Below are positions 57,030 to 64,000 of a DNA stretch of 64,000 bases, in pieces; positions within the stretch are counted from its first letter, which is position 1, and every line of letters starts with the position of its first letter. Both the position numbers and the translations under genes were made by a program. Origin of the DNA: Dehalococcoidia bacterium (GTDB lineage Bacteria > Chloroflexota > Dehalococcoidia > Lucifugimonadales > UBA3495); NCBI GenBank assembly GCA_965197635.1, contig CBDANN010000005.1, positions 50,219-114,218 of the forward strand, read 5' to 3'. The notes beneath the pieces were generated by a model. The model was not told the DNA's origin. It did not search any database and saw nothing but the letters and a program-made list of their open reading frames with translations.

Positions 57030-57990
57030 TTGGGACTCTACTCTTACCGTTCCCGCAAGAATAGCCGGCTCAGCCTCACCATCACCGACAAGCGGCTGTT
57101 CCAGATCTCCGAGGACGGCCAGACCATCGCCAGTCGGCAATGCGAATTCAACGCCACGCTGCGCGCCCACCGAAACCTCAAATTCCTAGACATCCGCTCC
57201 ATTCGCCTCGTACCGGTCAAGCACTACGGACCTCGGGTACCCCTTCGCAACCGGCACTGCTGCCTCCACGTTCAGGTTTACGTGCCAGAGCCAATACCTA
57301 TCGAAGAACTCGACATCCACATCCCGGAAGACATCCTCGGAGCCGACCGCGGCGCCAAGAACCACCTGGCGGTAAGCTCCGGCCACCGATCCCACCATCA
57401 GGGCGGTCGCCGACGCCGCAACCAAAAGCGAAAGCACCAGCGCCACATCGCAGGCAAGCCCCGCAATAGCAAGCGTCGCCGGCACGTCGTCTCGAAGCCG
57501 CGAACGAGGCCGTCGCTACGCCCAGCACCGCGACCAAGAAATGCGCCGGCAAATCCGCGACATCTTGCTGGAAAGCCCGCCCAAGATGGTGGCCGTCGAA
57601 AGCCTGCATCCCATCAGCATGATGGCCTCCGCTCGCGGCACTGCGGCAAACCCAGGCCGGAACGTCGCCGCCAAGCGAAAACTGAACGAGAGCCTCGCCG
57701 AAGCAGCCATCGGCCACACCGGCAAGCTGCTGCGTGAGGAAGCCGCCAAACTCGGCATACCCACCGTCTCCGTTCCGCCGCAGGGCACGTCCCCGACCTG
57801 CCCGCGCTGCGGAGACCGCACCGGGACAACCGCGAGAGCCGAGCGGTGTTCCGGTGCCGGCATTGCGGTCTTTACGCCCACGCCGATTGGACTGCCGCCG
57901 TCATCATCCGCAACCGGGCCTATGTCCGGCACCGCGAATGGCAGGCAGGACACACGCCGGACGTGTTGACCGCACCCACCGGGTGGCGAG
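57030..57990 (+). pseudogene. tnpB: IS605-family TnpB (OrfB) RNA-guided nuclease relic, N-terminally truncated, two frameshifts
   Basis: RuvC-I GADRGAKNHLAV; RuvC-II MVAVESL; zinc finger and RuvC-III TSPTCPRCG...FRCRHCGLYAHADWTAAVIIRNRA. Frames change near 57490 and 57830. It starts directly at the IS256 end. Confidence 0.75.
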
Positions 57991-58288
57991 AACAGCCATC
58001 CCGCTCCGGCCAGCCAAGGCTTGGCTTGGAGCTAATCGTGTTCAAGCCAGCAGGCACCGCGACGATCCGCTCCGGCGGAAGGGTCCGTGGCCGAAGGCCG
58101 GACTACCGTATCCACAGCGGTGGCCCAAGACACCCAACATTAGGTGGATTCAGCACGAAAACCCCATTTCCGGGTTCGCGCTCAATTTGTGCACACGCTC
58201 TACACCAGTCCATCCTGCCAACTCTGAACTGTTACGTCGGTCGCGCCGATTGGCGCGCCGGCGGGCCGAGTAGTACAATGGCGTCGCT

Positions 58289-58603
58289 ATGGTTGCATAC
58301 GCCAGACGAAACGCGGCGATACTCACCTCCGTTGGCGCGATGGTGGTCGCGCTACTTCTGATCATCTTTTTTGGCGCCTGGGCGGTTTCCGCCGGCGGCG
58401 AGGCCGACCTGGGGGATTTGGTATCGGGCGCGACTGCCGGATTCAGTGGCAGCATATCTCCCGAGTCCGTCGCGTCCAGTCAAAACTCTGCCGCGACAGA
58501 CGGCGATAGCGTGCCCCGGCTGGCATCTGCGTCCGCGGCCCCAGGCGGAGCAGTCGACACCTGGTGGGGTAAAGCGTTTCTGGTGGCCTGTCCACTGCAT
58601 TAG
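58289..58603 (+). CDS. hypothetical membrane-anchored protein
   Basis: One TM helix (ILTSVGAMVVALLLIIFFGAWAV) followed by an S/A-rich tail. Weak evidence. Confidence 0.3.
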   Translation: MVAYARRNAAILTSVGAMVVALLLIIFFGAWAVSAGGEADLGDLVSGATAGFSGSISPESVASSQNSAATDGDSVPRLASASAAPGGAVDTWWGKAFLVACPLH

Positions 58604-58669
58604 TCCGTCCCTTCATCATTCATTCGGGGCGACGGCCGTCCCGTCCTACACCGGGAGGCATCCCCTCTA

Positions 58670-60091
58670 ATGGCTATCAACTCTTCCATTCGCCAAACCG
58701 GCAACGGGTTCCACTATGCGTGGATAATCATTGCCATCCTGGCGGTGGTTCAGATATTCGGCCAGTCGATTTCCATGGCGGCCGGCATCATGGTGCCCGA
58801 ACTACGAATGCCCCTGGAAGAGGGAGGACGGTTTGGCTGGTCGCCGGCGATCATCGGGTTCGCGCTGGCCGGCTATTACCTGGTGGGGTCGCTCACTTCG
58901 CCCTTCAGCGGGAGGTTTGGCGACATCCTGGGCGCGCGCAAATTGCTGATGACCGGGGGCATCCTGTTCGGCGTCAGCATGGTGCTGATCGGTTTCATCA
59001 CCCACGTCTGGCAGTTCTTCCTGGTGTACAGCGTGATGCTGGCGCTGACTTCTTCCATCGCCATGGTCCCTCTAATGGCGGCGGTCAATCCCTGGTTCAA
59101 GCGACGGTTGGGACTGGGCATCGGGCTGATGTGGGCCGCCGGCGGAGTGGGCGCGGCGGCGCTGGCGCCGGTGTATTCCCTGTTGCTGGTGAACTTCGGT
59201 TGGACCACCACCTTTGTGGCGATTGGCCTGGTCGGCGGTGGTCTGACGTTGGGCCTGATGCCCTTCTTCCGCAATCAACCATCCGAAAAAGGGTTGATGG
59301 CTTACGGGGCGTCGGCCAGCGATCCGCCTCCGGCGAGCTTCAGCACCGAGGCGTCCAGGCTGCGCCTGAAGGTCTTCCAGCGGCAGATGAAACACACTCG
59401 CGCCTTCTGGAACCTGCCGGTGATCCACGGCATGGGATGCGCCGGCCATGGCATCGTCCTGATTTTCGTAGTGGACTTCGCCGTAACAAAGGGCATCGAA
59501 TTCACAACGGCCGCGGTGATCCTGACCCTCATCAACGTGTTCAGCATCGGTGGGCGTTTCCTGGTGCCCATCATCACCGAGCGCATTGGCGGCAAGCTGA
59601 TTATGGCGACCGCGTTGGCGATACAATCTGGTTCGGTCGTTATTCTGCTGATAGCCGGCGAATACATGGCTGGATACGCGTGGGCCTTCTACCTGTTCGC
59701 CTGTGTGTTTGGGATGGGGTTCGGCGGCGAGATGTCAGCATACCCGGTGGTCAACCGGCAGTACTTTGGCACCGGGCCGGTCGCGACGGTGTATGGATTC
59801 CAGATTTCCGGAGCGATGATGGGCCACTTCATTTCTACGCTGCTCGCCGGCATAATCATCCAGTTCTGGGGCTACACTCCCGCCTTTATCCTCTCCATGA
59901 TCTTCAGCAGCCTGGGGGTGGTTATCATCATGACGCTGGAAACCACCAAGCGTCAGCTGATCCCCAACTGGGAAGAACAGTTGCCACCCGAAGCGCGAAC
60001 GCCATCGGTAGGGAGCATTCCGGCAATCGTTCCTCCGGCCGCTGCCGCTACCGGCGTCGCCTTCGGCAACGTGGGCGGCGACGGGAACTAG
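58670..60091 (+). CDS. MFS transporter
   Basis: About 12 TM segments and an MFS loop motif (GRFGDILGARKLLM). Confidence 0.85.
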   Translation: MAINSSIRQTGNGFHYAWIIIAILAVVQIFGQSISMAAGIMVPELRMPLEEGGRFGWSPAIIGFALAGYYLVGSLTSPFSGRFGDILGARKLLMTGGILFGVSMVLIGFITHVWQFFLVYSVMLALTSSIAMVPLMAAVNPWFKRRLGLGIGLMWAAGGVGAAALAPVYSLLLVNFGWTTTFVAIGLVGGGLTLGLMPFFRNQPSEKGLMAYGASASDPPPASFSTEASRLRLKVFQRQMKHTRAFWNLPVIHGMGCAGHGIVLIFVVDFAVTKGIEFTTAAVILTLINVFSIGGRFLVPIITERIGGKLIMATALAIQSGSVVILLIAGEYMAGYAWAFYLFACVFGMGFGGEMSAYPVVNRQYFGTGPVATVYGFQISGAMMGHFISTLLAGIIIQFWGYTPAFILSMIFSSLGVVIIMTLETTKRQLIPNWEEQLPPEARTPSVGSIPAIVPPAAAATGVAFGNVGGDGN

Positions 60092-60111
60092 GCCGGATGC
60101 CGGCGTTCTAG

Positions 60112-60510
60112 ATGAACACCGATCTGGCCTTCCTTTGCGACTCCGCCCTGGAGGACCGCGGCAAACTGCACGCCCTCGGTATCGGCATTGACGGGGTTCA
60201 GGGCAATGCGCTCCCGATGACCCACCCGCGTTTCGTGGTGGTGTGCGTCATGCGTTACTCGGTAGTGGAGGCCGGCGACAAACGCATGGAGATCCGCTTG
60301 CTCGGGCCTGACGCCCAGGACGTGTTGACTCCCGTTGAACGGGTCATTACCCTGCCGGCGCGAAGCAGCGTGGTGGATGCCAACGCGCGCATCATCGCTG
60401 AGGTGAACAGCGTAACTTTCCATCAGTCCGGCCCCCACGCCTTCCACGTCGTGATCGACGGCAACGAGGTGGCGCGGCTGCCCATCAACGTCAGTGTCCG
60501 CGCCTCCTGA
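60112..60510 (+). CDS. hypothetical protein
   Basis: A 132-aa ORF with beta-rich composition. No family recognised. Confidence 0.5.
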   Translation: MNTDLAFLCDSALEDRGKLHALGIGIDGVQGNALPMTHPRFVVVCVMRYSVVEAGDKRMEIRLLGPDAQDVLTPVERVITLPARSSVVDANARIIAEVNSVTFHQSGPHAFHVVIDGNEVARLPINVSVRAS

Positions 60511-61183
60511 CGGTGTTGGTCCGGTGTCCCGTACCGAAATCCTGCTGGCCACGGGCAACGCCGACAAGCAGCGGATGTTGGCCTGGCTGCTGGAAGACCT
60601 GCCGGTCCACCCGGTTACGCCGGCCGAGCTGGGGGTATCTGCGTACCCCGATGAGTCGGGGAAAACCCACGAAGCAATAGCCCGAGCCAAGGCTGAGGAG
60701 TGGTCGCAAGCGGCGGGAATCCCAGCCATTGCCAGCGACGGCGGGTTGTTGGTGCCGTCGCTGGGGGCCAATTGGGAGAGCCGCTACACTCGCCGGTTCG
60801 CCGGCCCGGCCGCCGACGATGACGAGCGGCAGCGTCGCCTGCTGGAGCTGTTGCGTCCCTATACCGGGGATGGCCGAAGCGCCGCCTTCGTTGAGGGTTT
60901 GGCGATTGCCGACGGCGGGCGCACGCTGGCGTCTTGGGAAGTGCGCGGGGCGACGGGGCGGATCGTGGACACGCTGGCCGACCGGGGAGGGCCCACCGGC
61001 GGCGACGGATTCTGGGTGTTCCCGCTATGGTATTTCGACCAATTCGGACGGACCTACGACCGGCTGACCGAGAACGAGCGGGCCAGCCTGGGCGACCATT
61101 GGGATACATTGCGGAGCCTGGCGCGCGAGTTTGTGACGGCATGGTCGGCAAGCGGCGTCGGTTCCACAAATGGGCTACAATGA
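60494..61183 (+). CDS. Ham1/ITPase-like (non-canonical NTP pyrophosphatase-like) protein, divergent
   Basis: ILLATGNADKQRML...PDESGKTHEAIARAKA...PAIASDGGLLVPSLG follows the Ham1 order of motifs with substitutions. The start is uncertain (GTG 60494 or 60524). Confidence 0.5.
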   Translation: MSAPPDGVGPVSRTEILLATGNADKQRMLAWLLEDLPVHPVTPAELGVSAYPDESGKTHEAIARAKAEEWSQAAGIPAIASDGGLLVPSLGANWESRYTRRFAGPAADDDERQRRLLELLRPYTGDGRSAAFVEGLAIADGGRTLASWEVRGATGRIVDTLADRGGPTGGDGFWVFPLWYFDQFGRTYDRLTENERASLGDHWDTLRSLAREFVTAWSASGVGSTNGLQ

Positions 61184-61218
61184 TTGAGCCACCTATTCCC
61201 TGACTGCCGGAGTACGCC

Positions 61219-62175
61219 GTGACCGCTGTTCACACCAATGACCCTTTCTCTATCCCCGCATCCGTGGAGGATGTGCAAGGGCTGCTCCGCGACCAGGCTT
61301 ACATCACCGACCGGGGATTGGCCATCGCCATATTCCTGGCGTTGAAATTGCGCCGGCCGCTGTTCCTGGAAGGCGAAGCCGGCGTCGGCAAAACGGAAAT
61401 CGCCCGCGCCCTGGCCGCCGGACTGAACACGGATTTGATCCGCCTGCAATGCTACGAAGGATTGGACGTCAACCATGCGGTGTACGAGTGGAACCACACT
61501 CGGCAGTTGCTGGAAATCCGGCTGATGGAGGCCAGACGCGACGGTATCGACGAAGCAAGCGGCAGCAGCGTTGACCTGTTCGGCTCCCAGTTTCTCATCA
61601 AGCGTCCGCTGCTGGAAGCGATTGACGAGGGCCGGGACCGGGCGCCGGTGCTGCTGATTGACGAACTGGATCGGGCCGATGAGGAGTTTGAAGGCTTCCT
61701 GCTGGAGCTGCTGGCCGACTATCAAATCACGATACCGGAACTCGGCACCTTTCATGCCGTCCATCCGCCGGTCGTGGTAATCACCTCCAACCGGACGCGG
61801 GAGGTGCACGACGCTCTGAAACGTCGTTGCCTGTACTACTGGGTTGACTATCCCGACTACCAGAAGGAACTTCAAATCGTGACCGCGCGGTTGCCCGACG
61901 CTCCGCGACAGTTGGCCCAGCAAGTCACGTCGTTCATCCAGGAGTTGCGCGATACGGAGCTGTACAAAATCCCGGGCGTGTCAGAAACGCTGGACTGGAC
62001 TTCGGCTCTCATGGCGCTGAACATGCGCGAACTGGAGCCGGAAGTCATCGACGATACCCTGGGGATAATGCTGAAGTACCAGGACGACATTGAGGCGGTG
62101 CGGGGCGAGCCGGTGCGCGCGCTGCTGGAACGGTCGCGCAATCGTGGCCCGCGGGGGGGCGGGCGGCGGGGCTAG
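61219..62175 (+). CDS. MoxR-like AAA+ ATPase (AAA_5/CbbQ-NorQ type)
   Basis: Walker A LFLEGEAGVGKTEIARAL, Walker B VLLIDELDRADEEFE, sensor VVITSNRTRE. Confidence 0.85.
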   Translation: MTAVHTNDPFSIPASVEDVQGLLRDQAYITDRGLAIAIFLALKLRRPLFLEGEAGVGKTEIARALAAGLNTDLIRLQCYEGLDVNHAVYEWNHTRQLLEIRLMEARRDGIDEASGSSVDLFGSQFLIKRPLLEAIDEGRDRAPVLLIDELDRADEEFEGFLLELLADYQITIPELGTFHAVHPPVVVITSNRTREVHDALKRRCLYYWVDYPDYQKELQIVTARLPDAPRQLAQQVTSFIQELRDTELYKIPGVSETLDWTSALMALNMRELEPEVIDDTLGIMLKYQDDIEAVRGEPVRALLERSRNRGPRGGGRRG

Positions 62176-62233
62176 CCTGGTCCAGGTTCGGGGATTGAAC
62201 CGACACCTCGGTTAGGCAAAAACCGCCGCTGGT

Positions 62234-62782
62234 TTGGCAGAGGATGCTCATATGAACCAACATTTCGAAATGCCGGACTCCGATGGAATGCAGTCACTGA
62301 CTGTCGATGCGGTAGAACAAGCTCTGGCCCGGGGGGATGGTACGGCCGCGGATTTGCTGATGCTGTACTTCGCCTGCCTGGTCGCCGACCCATACGAAAA
62401 GGGAGAGTTTGGCGGTGTAGCTGACCGGGTGGCTGATACGCTGTTTGAAATGGCGGAAGCGGGCGACGAAGACGCTACGATGGCGATGACCGCCTTGACC
62501 ACGCTGCTGGAGGACGACGGGTCGGACGACGCCAAAACGGTAGGCGTGGCGATGTTCCGATCCGTGGCTACTCGGCCTATTCTGCTGAACGTCGTCGAGG
62601 GGAAGATGGAATTTGAAAGCGCCACCGCTGCGTTGGAGGTCATAGATACGCTGGCGGAGAGTTTGCTGGACGGCGTTTTCGATTCGGATGAAATCGACGA
62701 CTTGGATATTGACGAGTTGGCCGCCGTGTTGGGTGTTTCCAATTTGGATTTAGACTGGGACGGTGATTTTGATGACCGTTAG
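62234..62782 (+). CDS. hypothetical highly acidic protein
   Basis: 182 aa, D/E-rich, predicted helical. It follows the MoxR gene where a VWA partner is more usual. Confidence 0.5.
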   Translation: MAEDAHMNQHFEMPDSDGMQSLTVDAVEQALARGDGTAADLLMLYFACLVADPYEKGEFGGVADRVADTLFEMAEAGDEDATMAMTALTTLLEDDGSDDAKTVGVAMFRSVATRPILLNVVEGKMEFESATAALEVIDTLAESLLDGVFDSDEIDDLDIDELAAVLGVSNLDLDWDGDFDDR

Positions 62783-63956
62783 CCATATGCGGCGACACGT
62801 TGCCGTCGTCGGCGCCGGCATCGTGGGCGCGTCCATAGCATGGCGCATCGCCGCCCGCGGGCTGCGGGTGACTCTCATAGACCAGGCGGAGCCGGGCAGC
62901 GGCGCGTCCAGCCACAGCTTTGCGTGGGTCAACGCCGGCGCCAAGGAACCCATCGAATACCACAACCTGAACCGCCGCTCGCTGGAAATGTGGAGCCGGT
63001 TCGCCGCCGCGTTGGGCGAAGACGTGGGGTTGCGTTGGGGCGGCAAGGTCGCCTGGGAAACGGAGCCCGAGGCTGCCGAGGCGCTGAAGGCCCGAGTCCG
63101 GCAGCTCCAGTCGTGGGGATATCCCAGCCGCTTGGTGTCCAAAGCCCGGCTGGAAGAGCTGGAGCCGGCCCTGGACGTGGGGCCCGTGGCTGCGGCGGAA
63201 TACAATGAGAACGAAGGGCAGGTAGAGCCGCAGATGGTGGTGGACGCCTGCGTCCGCCGTCTCAGGGAGATGGAAGCCAGTATCCTTACCGGCGTAGCAG
63301 TGTTGGGGTTCTCGAAAACCGGCGACGGAACGATTCGCGCAGTCCAGACCACCTCCGGGGACGTTGAAGCCGACGCGGTGGTTCTGGCGGCGGGCACTGA
63401 AACCACCAGGCTAGCCGCCTTGGCCGGGACCCACGTGCCCCAGGCGGAGAGCCCCGGTGTGGTGATAAGAACCACGACCATGCCGCCGTTGCTGCATAAC
63501 GTGCCGGTGGTGTACGCGCCGGCGTTGGGAGACGGCCGTCGAGAGATACACCTGAGGCAATGCCCAGACGGTCGCCTGATGATTGGCGAGGGAGACCAGG
63601 AAAGCCTGGCTGAGGACGACAGCCAGGCCCACGCCGACGATCTGCTGACCCGGGCCGGCCGCTACCTGCCGGCTTTGGCCGGAGCGCAGGCGGTCCCGGT
63701 TCCGGTGGGTTGGCGACCGATGCCCCTGGACGGATACCCCGTGTTGGGGTTTGCCTCTGAAGCCCCGAACGTGTACGTGGCGCTGACGCACAGTGGGGTC
63801 ACGCTGGCCCCGGTGGTCAGCCAATTGGCGGCGCTGGAAATCTGCGACGATGTGCGGGCCAACGTCGTATTGGGGTCATACCGCCCGCAACGGTTCGCCG
63901 GGCTGACCGCGGCAGCGGCGGCGGCAATGACGCACCCGCGCGCAGGGCATCGCTAA
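62763..63956 (+). CDS. FAD-dependent oxidoreductase (DAO/glycine-oxidase-like)
   Basis: VAVVGAGIVGASIAWRIAARG...SGASSHSFAWVNA, and the C-terminal THSGVTLAP. Confidence 0.85.
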   Translation: MILMTVSHMRRHVAVVGAGIVGASIAWRIAARGLRVTLIDQAEPGSGASSHSFAWVNAGAKEPIEYHNLNRRSLEMWSRFAAALGEDVGLRWGGKVAWETEPEAAEALKARVRQLQSWGYPSRLVSKARLEELEPALDVGPVAAAEYNENEGQVEPQMVVDACVRRLREMEASILTGVAVLGFSKTGDGTIRAVQTTSGDVEADAVVLAAGTETTRLAALAGTHVPQAESPGVVIRTTTMPPLLHNVPVVYAPALGDGRREIHLRQCPDGRLMIGEGDQESLAEDDSQAHADDLLTRAGRYLPALAGAQAVPVPVGWRPMPLDGYPVLGFASEAPNVYVALTHSGVTLAPVVSQLAALEICDDVRANVVLGSYRPQRFAGLTAAAAAAMTHPRAGHR

Positions 63957-64000
63957 CGAGCGGGAAATTGCCGCCGAGCCGGCGGCCGCGTCTCAAGACG

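Noticed and set aside
58720-60111. 463-aa plus-strand ORF in a second frame of the MFS gene
   Set aside because: The frame starting at 58670 gives regular hydrophobic helices. This frame gives an R/G/H-rich sequence.

Overview
This is a visibly GC-rich bacterial chromosomal segment. The taxon cannot be fixed from sequence alone; the gene content and small palindromic repeats resemble Chloroflexota-type genomes, but that is unverified. Three kinds of content are present. (1) Ordinary genes that read cleanly: a HisKA_3 kinase/NarL-type regulator pair (2.4-4.3 kb); an LLM oxidoreductase, SlyD-like PPIase and SDR (14.6-17.7 kb); argH-rpe and rpmB (23.0-25.7 kb); a cyclase, Mrr-type restriction enzyme, disulfide reductase, DctM, SMP-30 and NHL protein (26-34.6 kb); and an MFS transporter, MoxR ATPase and FAD oxidoreductase (58.7-64 kb). 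tRNA-Lys(CTT), tRNA-Leu(TAG) and tRNA-Ala(GGC) are also present. (2) Very dense mobile DNA. Elements include IS630 (two copies plus a relic), an IS1182 carrying a nested IS21, IS5, ISAs1, IS110, IS66, IS701, IS256 and an IS605-type TnpB relic. Four MITEs have clean terminal inverted repeats and target-site duplications (TSDs). Almost every transposase carries frameshifts. (3) Accessory genes, mostly broken. The stand-out is a roughly 7.5 kb minus-strand gene (41.0-50.3 kb) for a giant secreted protein. It is built from five tandem modules, each a beta-sandwich followed by exactly five copies of a 45-50 aa WSDGxTMWV...KIYAY repeat that I cannot assign to a named family, plus six FN3 domains. 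It is interrupted by IS701, a MITE, an in-frame TAG and four single-base frameshifts. Other points worth a second look: a candidate IS110 bridge-RNA region present in two diverged copies, a 130-bp perfect partial duplication of the tRNA-Lys/tRNA-Leu pair, a MITE that separates a toxin gene from its ribosome-binding site, a multi-wHTH (HARE-HTH-like) nuclease-like pseudogene, and a split large serine recombinase. Everything from tRNA-Ala (34.7 kb) to about 58.3 kb looks like a decayed accessory island. Whether the frameshifts are biological or consensus errors cannot be decided without reads.
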